From: Eledone cirrhosa
Taxonomy: Eukaryota
DNA: 64,000 nucleotides
NCBI GenBank assembly: GCA_964016885.1
Contig: OZ024746.1
Coordinates: 85,002,001-85,066,000 of the forward strand
Direction of reading: 5' to 3'
Below the pieces are notes generated by a model. It was not told the origin of the DNA, made no database searches, and worked only from the letters and a program-made list of their open reading frames with translations. Shown piece by piece: positions 1 to 15,204 of this stretch; positions within the stretch are counted from its first letter, which is position 1; each line of letters opens with the position of its first letter. The position numbers were made by a program, and so were the translations under genes.

Positions 1-3
1 TAA

Positions 4-338
4 ATTCGAATGTGTTTTTTATTTTTTAAATGAAACTCAATGCAGCGAAAACTGCTCGCAATATCAACCAATAAACTGAACACGACCCCATCAGTGAATG
101 TACAATTCAACACGTATTCCAAAATCTTTATAGTAGAGAGCTGCACCTTGAAAACTAAGATCACATGTGGCCAATGATAAACAGCCACGAATTAGAGAGC
201 CATTATTGAAAAGGTCCCAAGCAAAACATCTCGAGAATTAGTACAAAAACGTTGATCATTCAACATTTTCCCGACATCTACACCACACTGGAAAATTAAA
301 AACAAATATTAAAAATAGTGCCGCGCGAACTGAACGCA
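4..338 (+). mobile_element. Decayed Tc1/mariner transposase N-terminal (HTH) fragment
   Basis: Manual translation across frameshifts gives IRMCF..NAAKTARNINQ..ISECTIQHVFQ..LEN*D..AIIEKVPSKTSRELVQK..VDHSTFSRHLHHTGK..K*VPRELN. This matches the mariner N-terminus and the WVPHEL motif, with stops and frameshifts. Confidence 0.8.
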
Positions 339-455
339 ATTATCACATTCAATGAAAAACTAATTCAACAAAATATATAAATTCAATTGACATGCATCAA
401 GTAATTTTTCTCTCATTTATATATCCGAATATACGCATACATATCTACCCACATC

Positions 456-1930
<1,475 letters not shown>

Positions 1931-2390
1931 ACTGTAGGTGTTTTGGTGGTGGTGGGAGGGTTCTGTACACAACGTTGATTTTATTAATACTTTCTCCTTT
2001 CTCAATTTATACCATAAGCACAATTTTTACCATAAATTGTATTATCTACACTCCTACAGTGAACCCAATCTTTAAAACAACAACAACAACAACCAACAAC
2101 CAACACCAAGAGAAGCCTAACCTCGTTTGTCACAGTAAATTGAGTTGGTTTTAGCACAGTTAAAGACCTGGCTTGAAAACGCACGCGAAGATCGAAAACT
2201 AACTCTAAATTGGCATTAAAAGAACTTGACAAGATTGGAAAGAAAAAAGAAAAGTTAAAAAACACCTTCATGTTTCAAGACATGTTCTGCAAAGAGTTCC
2301 CAGCATAACATGTAATATATGTATATATAGTATATATATATGTAATATATGTATATATACTATATATACTATATGTATATATAGTATATA

Positions 2391-2480
<90 letters not shown>

Positions 2481-2679
2481 AACCATTATTGTCTCTAGTT
2501 TACTGTAAAGATATGTATGTATATATATATCTATATATATATATATATGTGTGTGTGTGCGTGCGGGCGCGTGTGTGGGTATATCTAAATGCATATATAC
2601 ACGCAAATATTTATACAAACATACACACACTCACATACGCATACACACACACACACACACACACCACACACACATATAC

Positions 2680-2773
<94 letters not shown>

Positions 2774-3164
2774 AAATACGATTTCCTTAAAAAGTCACTA
2801 CGTTTTTCAAAGGGAATCTTTCGGATTTAATTGTGAGGGGAAGAAAAAAAAAAGATAAAGACATTACAGCAGGAAAGAAAAAGAAGAAGAAAAAGAAAAA
2901 AACAAATGAGAATCAAAGACAAAATATGACATAAATGAACTGAAAAATGTACGGTGATTTGATGAGCTTGTTTCTTTCTTTCTTTTTATTTTTTTATTTT
3001 TTCGTTTTTCGGAGGCACTTAAAGCACGAATTAAGTGGTTAAATTGAAAGATTTTTAGAATCAAAAGTTAAGAGAGTCAGACGTAGCGTCTGGTAGTTGC
3101 TAGTTTGATACAAAAAATAAGAGATAGATAAACACACACACACACATATACATACACACACACA

Positions 3165-3260
<96 letters not shown>

Positions 3261-3385
3261 GAGAGAGAGAAAGAGAAAGCTATGAAAGTGTCAGAGAGAG
3301 GTGATGAGGTGTGGGAGAGAAACTAAATCAGAAGAAATGAAAACTCAGATCTGAAAACTTATGGCAATGATTATAAATAATGGGG

Positions 3386-3570
3386 ATGTGGATTAGCGGA
3401 ATCGTGAAAATGGCAGGCATAATGACTTGCGGTATTTCGGTTCTTGAAGTCCTGAGATCGAATTCCGCCTTGTCGGCATTCCCATTGGACTTTTCTAGAG
3501 TCGATGAAATAAATGCAAGTCTAGTTCTGCCGTCCATATTATCTACTCAACCCATGCCTGTTAACTTTTT
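3386..3570 (+). mobile_element. Old, diverged tRNA-derived SINE (family 1)
   Basis: Degenerate match to the family 1 SINE (gagatcgaattccgcc...gtcgatgaaataaatgcaagt...tggcctagt). This explains ORFs 3328..3537 and 3380..3643. Confidence 0.55.
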
Positions 3571-4648
3571 TGGCCTAGTACTTTTCTTAGAAATACATTC
3601 TATATATACTAACATGTGGTTTCTCGAGTTGATTAATGTCTGAAATAAATACAATCATACTAATTGTATTTTAGATTAATTAATTGCTTTGAATAAAATG
3701 CTGAGAATTTTCGTTAATTCACCCAGAATTGTTGCAACTTAGGTAATTCTGAAGATGGCTCAAGCTGACCCCCCCCCCCCCCCCCCCACACACACACACG
3801 TGTATTTGCATGTGTGTAGCCATTGAAAACAAATTTATATCTTCAGCTTGCTATCGTTCTTAGACGTTTTCTTATTCGTTTCTATTCTTTCTCTATTTTA
3901 ATGAAATATTCCATCCGAAACGTAAGATTCCTCTTTCATTATGTATTTGCTGCAATCTAATGAATGAAACCAGTAAAAGAACAAAAGAATATTATATATT
4001 TCTAAATACGTGTTATTGTAATATTTTTTTTATAATATACATAATTTCTCAAAACTGATTAGTTTTTTAATCAGTAACGTTTCTCAATATCTATTGATGT
4101 TATGTAATATTCTTAGTTTTCTGATTGAAACTAAAGAAATAAAAATTTCATAAAACGTCACATAACCAATGACTTCTTGCAATTCACTAAATTTCCAGCT
4201 ACTTACGTGCAAAACTGTGGTCTGCATTCGAGATTATGATATGGACCTCCATCGTTTTCAAGATTGATTTTCTAGTTGTTCGATCATTGAAATTGCTTGC
4301 TCATGAAATGAATGATGTGCAAGTAGCTGAATATACCATAGATAAGTGTACCATTAACGTTCTTCTTGGGTAGATTCGGCGTAACAGTGTGTGAAAAACT
4401 GGTCCTGGTCCTCTGAATCACTAATCAAGTCCATCTGACGAAATTCCCCACAGTTGCCGTCTACCAAAATTTACTCACCAATATTGGATCTATGAAAGTC
4501 GATGGTAAATGACACTTACTCACGATGCCAAGTCTAATATATAGTTCCAGTAATTGATATGTAGTCAATTTAGGAGTGGTTTCAACTCAGAATATAAAGG
4601 GATGTTGTTAAAACCTCAAGATCAGAGTAAATCTTGATTCAGATAATG

Positions 4649-4699
<51 letters not shown>

Positions 4700-4705
<6 letters not shown>

Positions 4706-5137
4706 ATAGAAGGAGCTTCTACAGGACTAGAACTGTTTCATTCAGATGAAATCTTCAGGAAGCTGGGTGTCATATTAAGTTCTGGTATTTATACATTTAG
4801 GTAGTGGTAAGGGAGGGGTGGTGCCTGGGGGGGGGGAGATTTTGGGGTAGGTTGGTATTTAGATACACAGGACCATAACAATTTGTTATGGTCCTGTGTA
4901 TCTAAATACCAACATACCCCCCAAATCCCCCCCCCCAGCCACCACCGCTCCCTTACCACTACCTAAATGTATAAATACCAGAACTTAATATGACACCCAG
5001 CTTCCTGAAGATTTCATCTGAATGAAACAGTTCTAGTCCTGTAGAAGCTCCTTCTATACAATAAATATATTTTACTCTGCCATGTATTGAGTACCTTACA
5101 CTACTGTGGTTATCCCCGACTCAACCCGGGACCTACG
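4700..5137 (+). mobile_element. Fold-back + tail element, family B copy 1 (Penelope-like pLTR, HHR-bearing)
   Basis: ~180-bp inverted arms (4700-4881 / 4883-5063), AATAAA, then a unique tail to 5137. Flanked by (TA)n on both sides. Homologous to 13444-13642 and 55917-56122. Confidence 0.85.
4999..5049 (+). ncRNA. Type I hammerhead ribozyme (family B)
   Basis: agcttc-CTGAAGA-t.ttc.atct.gaa.t-GAAA-cag.ttctagtc.ctg-TA|gaagct. Perfect 6-bp stem I, intact core, GUA cleavage triplet. A mirror copy lies on the minus strand in the left arm. Confidence 0.8.
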
Positions 5138-5176
<39 letters not shown>

Positions 5177-5200
5177 ATGTATATATGTATCTCTCTCTCT

Positions 5201-5252
<52 letters not shown>

Positions 5253-5278
5253 ATGTATATATGTATCTCTCTCTCTCT

Positions 5279-5328
<50 letters not shown>

Positions 5329-5332
<4 letters not shown>

Positions 5333-5738
5333 AAAGGATAACAAGGACCATTGGTTACTCCTTCATTACATTTATTGGTAGGTGACGCGCGTTTCGCCAC
5401 TGATCAGCTCAAGGTTCGATCTGTATCGATCTTACCCGACTCAATAATCGGCAGCTCGGCGGACCCTTTAAAATGCTATAAGAAAAAAAAAAAAAAAAAA
5501 AAGGGTCCGTCGTGCTGCCGATTATTGAGTCGGGTAAGATCGATACAGATCGAACCTTGAGCTGATCAGTGGCGAAACGCGCGTCACCTACCAATAAATG
5601 TAATGAAGGAGTAACCAATCGTCCTTGTTATCCTTCAATATAATAAACTCTGTATAGCTCTATACCTCGACACTGAAGTGAACCTAAACATCGAGTACTC
5701 ACCCGGGTGAACCTGCAGTAACTCAAGTTACACTCCCT
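5329..5738 (+). mobile_element. Fold-back + tail element, family C
   Basis: ~140-bp near-perfect inverted arms (5329-5469 / 5500-5640) around an A-rich loop, then a ~100-bp tail, set in (TA)n. Contains GAAACGCGCGTC (5574-5585), the 3' half of a minimal palindromic HHR, followed by AATAAA. Confidence 0.8.
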
Positions 5739-5758
5739 ATATATATATATATATATAT

Positions 5759-5841
<83 letters not shown>

Positions 5842-5883
5842 TATATAGAGATATATAGGCATACACACACACACACACATATA

Positions 5884-5975
<92 letters not shown>

Positions 5976-6310
5976 GTTCAACGCCACATTATTCTTTCAG
6001 ATGTATATTTTCTCTGCATCATAAGACGAGAAAACAAAAACCAACAAGCACCAACATGCAACCAGTATACCATATTGACATACACCAAAGGGTGTATATA
6101 TTTAAACACGTATTGAAGTGTTTTAATTGTTTGATATGTCATTTTATTCATACATGTATAGAATCAAATATGTATATGACGTGTTATTTGTATACCTATG
6201 TTTATTCTTCATAACAATCAATTTTGCTTCGTCAGTAAATCGGAAAGAATAAAAAAAAAATAAAAGCAATATCTCGCAATCAATCCGTTATTAAGATGTG
6301 GATTGGGGGA

Positions 6311-6499
6311 GGTGGGTTGGCAGTATCAGTAGAGCGTCAGACGAGATGCTTTGCAGCATAGAGTTACGGCCCTTTATGATCTGAGTTCAAATCCCGCCGA
6401 GGTTAACTTTGTCTTTCATCCTTACGGGGTCGATAAAATAAAGTACCAGTAATACACTGGGATAATTGCTGGCCCTGTGCCAAAAGTAGAAATAATTAT
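6311..6499 (+). mobile_element. tRNA-derived SINE family 1
   Basis: A-box-like TGGCAGTATCAG, B-box GAGTTCAAATCCC, body ctttcatccttacggggtcgataaaataaagtaccagt, tail ccaaaagtagaaataattat. Many homologous copies lie in the window. Confidence 0.9.
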
Positions 6500-6517
6500 A
6501 TTATATTATATATTTTA

Positions 6518-6563
<46 letters not shown>

Positions 6564-6902
6564 TGGAACAGGTTATAACAACTGGAACCAGCCAGCTTGC
6601 AATTCTTCCTGAAAACGATGTATGATCTACTCCCATTCCCAGCCAATATTAGACAGTAGGTATTTAGTGACGCTGTTGATTGTCATTAATGTTAGATTAA
6701 GTTGTAGCAACATTTTCAGTCATTATCCTCACTAATGCATGAAACAACAATACAGCAGCTTTAATACAAGACAAATTAAAACAAAATTACATCTTATTGT
6801 ATCGGTAGAGGGTCGGACGCCATGCTTTCCAGCATAGTTACGTCCCTTTATGCATTAGTGATGATAATGACTGAAAATGTTGCTACAACTTAATCTAACA
6901 TT

Positions 6903-7085
6903 AATTGTTTTTACGTTAGGCACAAGGCCAGCAATTACCCAGTACATTACTGGTACTTTATTTTATCGACCCCGTAAGGATGAAAGGCAAAGTTAACCTC
7001 GGCGGGATTTGAACTCAGAATGGAAAAGGCCGTAACTCTTTGCGTCAAAGCATGGCATCCGACCCTCTACCGATACTGCCAATCC
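6903..7085 (-). mobile_element. tRNA-derived SINE family 1
   Basis: Reverse-complement match to the family 1 consensus. A head fragment on + lies at 6797-6850. Confidence 0.9.
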
Positions 7086-7631
7086 AGAAGATATAATGCC
7101 TTCATTTTATAGCCTGATCTGACTTCACAAAAAAGTCCTGATAGTTGAATTAAGAGTGTCGTAAGAAGCCAATACGAGATTGACGCATGAATGAAAGAGC
7201 CTAAAATATGAATGACTTAAGAACTTGTGTGGGATATGAAGGGGACATTGTTCGGTGCTTCCACTATATTACGGATGTTACTGATGTAACTAGTTTCCCT
7301 ATATCCCGCTCGATCTGTATATGATTTAGAAAAGACAATCGAGTAGGAGTTCATGAACTGGGGAGGGGAGGCATTATGTATTTTGTTTTAATTTTTTTTA
7401 TTAAATTGAATAGGATAATCAACGAATTATGTAATCTTACATTCAGTACAGATTGTCTCTAGTTTTAAGTTTTGATGTATTTTAATGCACACTTATTTGT
7501 GTATGGATATATTTCATTTACTTTTTTATAATGATTAAGGCTCGATTTTATTCTCTGAATTCTATCTTGAGCTGTTTTTTTAGACGAGACATGTTTGATT
7601 GTGTATCATTCATGACATCCTTTGCTTTGAA

Positions 7632-7751
<120 letters not shown>

Positions 7752-7791
7752 CAGTATATATATATATATATATATATGTATATACACACAT

Positions 7792-7840
<49 letters not shown>

Positions 7841-7843
<3 letters not shown>

Positions 7844-8050
7844 CGAAGGAAGTGTGGTAAGGAATCAGGTGGATCATAACGCACCAGAGTACTCGATACT
7901 TTGGGTAGTAGAGTGGGTAATAGGAAAAGGTTCAGGACCCCGACGGCAGACCTCAAGCCGTTTCGACGGCTATTTCTGGACACATTTCAGTCCAGAAATA
8001 GTCGTCGAAACGGCTTGAGCTCTGCCGTCGGGGTCCTGAACCTTTTCCTA
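7841..8050 (-). mobile_element. Fold-back + tail element, family A copy 1
   Basis: 80-bp tail (7841-7920) plus hairpin 7921-8050 with ~60-bp arms, next to (TA)n. Contains GAAA-cggc-ttgagctct-gccg-TC (HHR 3' half). Seven copies lie in the window. Confidence 0.9.
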
Positions 8051-9062
8051 TATATAAATATGTGTGTGTGGGTGCGGGGCGTGTGCATATGTTTGTATGT
8101 GTGTGTATAATTTTACGCATCTCTCTTTCAATTACTAGAACAGATTCTGTATGTAGACCAAACTCCAAGAGAGAAGGGGGGGGCAGTGTGAGGGAGAAAG
8201 AGCTAGAAAGAGTGGAAGAGAGAGAACACAGAGGGGTGAAATTGTGTCACTGTTTCGCCAAGCGTTGTTTGATTTAGTCAATTGAGTTGATCAGTGAATG
8301 AATACACCCCATGCTGCATATTTTCTCATTAGCCGATTAATTGCTTCACCTTGTCCATATCAATTTAGTCTGACTATGATAAATGGTCATGTAATGTTTG
8401 AAGACAGTCGAACGTAACTGCTAATGACATTTAAACACCGTATGTCAGAAAAGAATTTGTTTGGAAGTTTCATATACTTTACTTTTAAAATCTTTCGGGT
8501 TCCAACTCTCAAGAAGACCCATAGAACTTGCAGTTGTTGAAAGAAATATTGTCTGCATTAAAAAACAAACAAACAGAAAATTTGATATAAAATTGAAAGA
8601 CATTGATTGCAAACCAGGTAAACTTGATTGAAACCAAAAATATATGTATGCAAATCGGAGAAAAGTGATTGGAAATTAGGAAAAATTGATTACAAAACAG
8701 GCAAATTTAATTGAATAACCATAAAAACTGATGCAAGTCCAAAAGAAAAACGATTGGGTTAAACTGATTGGAAAAAAATGAAAAAAATCGTTTGAATAAT
8801 TAAACTTAGATTAGAAAAAATAAACAGAAATATTTATACATCTTTCATATAGTAAAGATAAAACATGTCACGGTAAAACAAGATAAAACACCTTACATCT
8901 TAAATCTATTGCAATCTATATGATTTTAACGCAAAATCTATTACTATCTGTGTTAGGCCAAAACAGCCACAAATCACACACCAATTAGGTCTTTATAAGA
9001 AGATCGATGAATTGGATATTCTAGATATGAATGCACTATATCTGTAAAAATATCATTATTAT

Positions 9063-9179
9063 TTAAATCCCGCCGAGGTTGACTTTGCCTTTCATCCTTA
9101 CGGGGTCGATAAAATAAAGTACCAGTAATACACTGCGGTAATAACTGGCCTTGTGCCAAAAGTAGAAACAATTATTATT
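9063..9179 (+). mobile_element. SINE family 1, 5'-truncated
   Basis: aaatcccgccgaggttgactttgcctttcatcc...ccaaaagtagaaacaattatt. Confidence 0.85.
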
Positions 9180-9245
9180 TTAACTTGTTCCTAATATCTG
9201 GAACAGCCGACGAAGCTCCAAGAAGAACAACAACACGCGCACACT

Positions 9246-9329
<84 letters not shown>

Positions 9330-9334
9330 TCTGT

Positions 9335-9602
9335 CTTAAGCCAGAAGGGTCGTTTGGCCGGTGCTTATCCCGGTTTCATGGTGTGAAGCGACTGAAAGTA
9401 CAAGACTCTCCCCTGGACAGGACGCCAGTCCATCGCAGGGTTAAATCTCCAGCTATTTCTGGTACCCATTTTAAGCTGAGAAATACTGGAGCAACGTGAA
9501 ATGAAGTGTTTTGCTCAAGAAGACAACACGCAGCCCAGGAATCGAACCCACGACATTATGATCGTAAGTCCAACAATCTTACCACTAGGCCACCTGCCTC
9601 CA
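9335..9602 (-). mobile_element. tRNA-derived CORE-type SINE (family 2)
   Basis: Minus strand shows A-box TGGCCTAGTGG, B-box GGTTCGATTCC and a CORE-like tgttgtcttcttgagcaaaacacttcatttcac. The 3' part recurs on + at ~29385-29452. Confidence 0.85.
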
Positions 9603-9612
9603 CTATACATAC

Positions 9613-9645
<33 letters not shown>

Positions 9646-9656
9646 AATATATATAT

Positions 9657-10073
<417 letters not shown>

Positions 10074-10120
10074 AATATATTGTATATATATATATATATA
10101 TATACATGTACATACATATA

Positions 10121-10320
10121 GTAATAAAAATAAATTTGAAGACTAAAATCTAAAGAGGGCTCAATAAGGATAAATATATATCAAATATATTTTTTGCTTA
10201 AACCTTAATCTGTTATTTTAATAAATATTTGCTCTATGGTTTTATATAATTTTATATATATATATATAATCCTTATCGAGCCCTCTTCGGATTATAGTCT
10301 TCACATTTATTATTATTACT
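10121..10320. repeat. Imperfect ~50-bp inverted repeat flanked by (TA)n
   Basis: tgaagactaaaatctaaagagggctcaataaggat versus atccttatcgagccctcttcggattatagtcttca. Confidence 0.7.
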
Positions 10321-10347
10321 ATACATATATATATGTAAGTGTATATT

Positions 10348-10452
<105 letters not shown>

Positions 10453-11352
10453 ATTGTGCACCTTTCCAATACTTAGCTAGAAAGGTGGGAATTGTTTTCC
10501 GTGTGTCTGTCTTGTATATATATATATATATATATGTATATGTGTGTGTGTATGTGTATGTATGTGTATGTATGTATGTATGTATGTATAGAGAGAGAAA
10601 GACAGGGGGAATAAATATATATATATATATACAAATACATAGAGTGTCTACATAGATTCTACTAACTAGATTCTACTAACTAGATTCTACTAACTTGGTA
10701 GAGAGACACTTATCAAATATACAGAGACATGTAATGGGATCGAACACAGAAGCCCGTGTTTGTTGACTGAAACTCTTAACCTTACAGCTATGTCTGTGCT
10801 TAGATTTAACGTTCTTTTCAGTGGTGGTAGTGGTGGGTGGGAGGGGATGGTTCTTTCTCTATTCTATTTCATTTCTACCTCTCACTTTGTGTATATACCT
10901 TTCTTTTTAACTCTTCTTTTCTACGGCGATGTTTTAATATCCAGCCAAAAACGAGTAAGAAACTAAGAAAGGAAAAAAGAAAGCCACGACTAGAATGGGC
11001 TGGGCCTATATTAGCCACGCCTCACTACAGAACAGCCGGCAGGAATTCTAAAAATGGTAGGACAAAAAAAAAACAACCAGCAAACAAACAAAAAAGACAA
11101 TACGATGTTGATTGTTATAATACACGCACACATACACGCATACATGCCCAAGTATTCATTCCTCCCTCTCTCTGTTTCTTACCTTTTGTACCCTTTCTCT
11201 TTTTTATCTATCTAACTATTTACACTATTCCGATGTTTAGACACCTATCTCCCCGCATACATCATATATATACATGTATACAGAGACTCATATATAATTT
11301 TACGGATGCATTTTCGTGAATGTATATATATGTATATATATAAATGTATATT

Positions 11353-11396
<44 letters not shown>

Positions 11397-11400
<4 letters not shown>

Positions 11401-11576
11401 AAAAAGTATGACCCCGACGGCAGAGCTCAAGTCGTTTCGGCGGCTATTTCTAGACATAGAAACGGCTTGAGTTCTGCCGTCGAGGTCATACTTTTTCCTA
11501 TTACCCACTCTACTACCCTAAGTATTGAGTACTCTGGTGCGTTATGGTCAATTTGGTTCCTTACCACAATTCCTTC

Positions 11577-11581
<5 letters not shown>
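11397..11581 (+). mobile_element. Fold-back + tail element, family A copy 2
   Basis: Hairpin 11397-11500 followed by the 80-bp tail, with (TA)n on both sides. Confidence 0.9.
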
Positions 11582-11645
<64 letters not shown>

Positions 11646-11697
11646 TTCTTAGGGTAAACATTGATGCAATTCAATTCAACCACTCAACGTACTTTTT

Positions 11698-11795
<98 letters not shown>

Positions 11796-11848
11796 GTATA
11801 TATGCATACTCCGCATTTTCTTATTCTATATATAAATACATATTTGTG

Positions 11849-11879
<31 letters not shown>

Positions 11880-12117
11880 CGTGTGTGTGTGTGTGCGGGG
11901 AGAGAGAAGGGTAGGAGAGAGAGAGATGGGGAGGAGATCTACAGGCAGATATAGCATGGAAGGATGGTTTTACTGGTCTCAGAGATTAGACTGGGGCCAT
12001 ACTGTAGCAGTGACTAGAAGCGAGCGATTTAGTCGATTATATCGACCCTAGAACATTTTTTTTCAATCAAATATTTATTTTTATCGTTCGCCTTTTTATC
12101 AGACCTCTACGTTGCCG

Positions 12118-12166
<49 letters not shown>

Positions 12167-12277
12167 TATATATATATATGTGTATATATGTACACATATA
12201 TACACACACAAGCACACACACACACACACTATATATATATACACATATATATACACACACATATATATATATATATA

Positions 12278-12471
12278 TAGGAAAATGTTCAAGACCCCGA
12301 CGGCAGAGCTCGAGCCGTTTCGACGGCTATTTCTGGACTCCAGTAATAGCCGTCCAAACGGCTGGAGCTCTGCTGTCGGGGTCTTGAACTGTTTCTTATT
12401 ACCCACTCTACTACCCTAAGTATTGAGGGTGCATTGTGGTCCACCTGGTTCCTTACCACACTTCCTTCGTT
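12278..12471 (+). mobile_element. Fold-back + tail element, family A copy 3
   Basis: Hairpin followed by tail, with (TA)n on both sides. Confidence 0.9.
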
Positions 12472-12539
12472 ATATATATATATATATACATACATAAATA
12501 CATACACACATATATACACACACAGACGCACACACACAG

Positions 12540-12608
<69 letters not shown>

Positions 12609-12780
12609 CATTTTATTAAGGCTAAATAGTGAGTCCTGTTACTCTGGAGAATCGCCTGCTTCACACAGACCTGTAAGAAGCAAGCGAAACTCCAGAGTCA
12701 CAAGAATCACTATTTGGCCTTAACAAAATGAATATTTAAACTCTACTTCGCTATTGAGTACTCTTTTTTCTCAGCCGTCA
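12609..12780 (+). mobile_element. Fold-back + tail element, family D copy 1
   Basis: Imperfect arms cattttattaaggctaaatagtga / tcactatttggccttaacaaaatg, and GAAA-ctc.ca.gag-TC. The tail aatatttaaactctacttcg-tattgagt is shared with 31914-32095. Confidence 0.75.
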
Positions 12781-12884
12781 ACTACATACAGATATGATGA
12801 ACAAAGCCAAATCAATTCGCTTCGAGCAACTCTGAGTACTTAGATAGGCATACGCTAGATTGTCATGTATCTTATACACTATAG

Positions 12885-12950
<66 letters not shown>

Positions 12951-12953
<3 letters not shown>

Positions 12954-13165
12954 AACAAAGGAAATGTGGTAAGGAACCAGGTGGACCATAACGCACCAGA
13001 GTACTCGATACTTTGGGTAGTAGAGTGTGTAATAGGAAAAAGTTCAGGACTCCGACGGCAGAGCTCAAGCTGTTCCGACGACTATTTCTGGACTAAATTA
13101 AATTTAGTCCAGAAATAGTCGTCGAAACAGCTTGAGCTCTGCCGTCGGGGTCCTGAACCTTTTCC

Positions 13166-13167
<2 letters not shown>
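12951..13167 (-). mobile_element. Fold-back + tail element, family A copy 4
   Basis: Tail 12951-13031 plus hairpin ~13032-13167, ending in (TA)n. Confidence 0.9.
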
Positions 13168-13264
<97 letters not shown>

Positions 13265-13443
13265 TTTCTCTGCTCAACGCACAATAGAATAACAAGACGA
13301 CTCGTTTCGCTTATCTTTAACATTTTAAATCACATTAGGAATATTTACTTCAACCAATCTATAAAGGGATAGTGTAGTTCGCAGTCACTCCATTTGCTCA
13401 TTTGTGTATCATTCATCTGTTTATCTATCTATCTGTATAGATA

Positions 13444-13642
13444 TATTAAATATAGAAATGGCATCTACAGGACTAGAACTGTTTCATTTGGAAGAAGTCA
13501 TCAGGAAAGCTTTCCTGATGATTTCTTCCGAATGAAACAGTTCTAGTCCTGTAGAAGCCATTTCTATATTAAATATTTATACTCTGCTATGTATTGAGTA
13601 CCTTACTTACTGTGGTTACCCCCGATTGAACCCGGGATAAAC
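13444..13642 (+). mobile_element. Fold-back + tail element, family B copy 2, with HHR
   Basis: Palindrome centred at 13509/13510. CTGATGA (13515-21), GAAA (13534-37), cag.ttctagtc.ctg-TA|gaag. The tail is homologous to copy 1. Confidence 0.85.
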
Positions 13643-13680
<38 letters not shown>

Positions 13681-13681
<1 letters not shown>

Positions 13682-13832
13682 ACAGTTACATAATGCGAAT
13701 GGACAACTGCGTATCTAGATTGTTAGCCAGCTTGCCGGCGTTTAATTAATTATCTTTAATGCACACAAGTGCACGCCAGCAAGGTAGCTGACGAGGTAGA
13801 AATTCAGTTGGTATGTGTATTATGTAACTGTC
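13681..13832. mobile_element. Palindromic MITE-like element
   Basis: 14-bp terminal inverted repeat (TIR) gacagttacataat / attatgtaactgtc, with imperfect internal symmetry (gttagccagcttgccggcgt / acgccagcaaggtagctgac). Confidence 0.55.
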
Positions 13833-14204
13833 TACATATATATATATATATATAATTTTGTTTCTTAATTATAAAGGGTATTATATAGATTTCTCGATGT
13901 GTCGTGGATCACCAGTTCGATATGACTCTTCAAATTGCTCAGATAAATAAATAAATAAAATATCGTACATAACACACATATAGTGAGAAAGTTTGTTATG
14001 TTTTGTTGATTTTCTTAACTAATATATAACAAATTGCTCAGTTTGATAATTATACGAAGAGAAAATCCTATACAAAACCAATTCGAGGTATTTATCACTT
14101 ATTTCAGATAACAGTGAAATACGCATATTGGCATGTCAGTACGTATATATATATATATACATATATAATATATAAGATCAAAAGATGGTTAAAAGAGTTC
14201 CATG

Positions 14205-14275
14205 TATTTTATTATGCGCATTTCAAAAACAAATATCATCATGCAATAACATTTGCGTTTTCGTCAGATAAAATA
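14205..14275 (-). ncRNA. Type I hammerhead ribozyme (minimal palindromic stem III)
   Basis: Minus strand reads tattttat-CTGACGA-[aaacgcaaatgttat...atgatatttgttttt stem II]-GAAA-tgcgca-TA|ataaaata. Perfect 8-bp stem I and self-complementary ATGCGCAT. Confidence 0.8.
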
Positions 14276-14863
14276 GGGAGACATGATATGAACGTTAAAA
14301 CACACTTGTGAATAGTGCAGTTTTAAATCAACATATGAAAAGTAGTTTTAGATTGATGTGTGATATTGGGAAAAAAATTGAGGGGTGGGGGTGGAAAGGA
14401 TGAAAAAGAGGAGGAGATGAGAGTAAAAAGTGGAGGGGGAGGAGTATAATGAGGAAGGATGAGATAGGAGGAGAGATGGGTGATAGAGAGAGAGAGATAG
14501 CTTTTATAACTGAGAAAAATATATTGTTTTACATAGAGAGGTTGAAAAACCATTGGAAGATAATATATAAATTAAAAGAATTTGAAAATTAACGAAGAGA
14601 AAAATTTAGAATAATGTTAAATTAAGGTTTGTATATTTAAGGGTTTAATAATATGTGCGATGAAAAGAAATTGTTAATTTGTATTAAGAATAATATTTAA
14701 GGGTTTAATAATATGTGCGATATCTGCATTGCTTTATTGTACTACAATAAAACTCACCTCCTACATATATACATATATATATACCTAAAAAGTAATTCAA
14801 ACACTCATATATGAAAAAACAACCTGATGTGAGAAAAACCACAGACCCTCCATCTCAACTCTA

Positions 14864-14899
14864 CTTTTGAAAAGCAGAAGAACTGCGAAACCGGTAAAG
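14864..14899 (+). ncRNA. Variant/degenerate minimal HHR (Penelope pLTR-like)
   Basis: ctt-TTGAAAA-gcag.aagaa.ctgc-GAAA-ccgg-TA|aag, followed by AATAAA. The core deviates from CUGANGA. Confidence 0.55.
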
Positions 14900-15089
14900 G
14901 AACCAAATAAATATATATATATTTTATTTAAAATAAGACTCCAGTTGCATTTTCGATTTCATCTTTTTTTCTTTATACTTTCACTCGTGTAGGACACCTC
15001 GGTTATTTTTCATTTTGTAAAAAAACCTCAATTTCTAATATATATATACGTGTGTGTGTGTGCGTACAAACAAGCATTCACATACGATT

Positions 15090-15204
<115 letters not shown>

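Noticed and set aside
4700-5063. Viroid/Obelisk-like ambisense ribozyme pair
   Set aside because: The HHR on each strand is simply the result of the inverted duplication, not two independent ribozymes.
7921-8050. Family A as a classical MITE, pre-miRNA or terminator
   Set aside because: A constant asymmetric 80-bp tail, a variable hairpin centre and the HHR half-motif fit a retro-derived fold-back better.
9530-9602. tRNA gene
   Set aside because: A- and B-boxes are present but continue into a SINE body found elsewhere in the window. No complete cloverleaf was seen.
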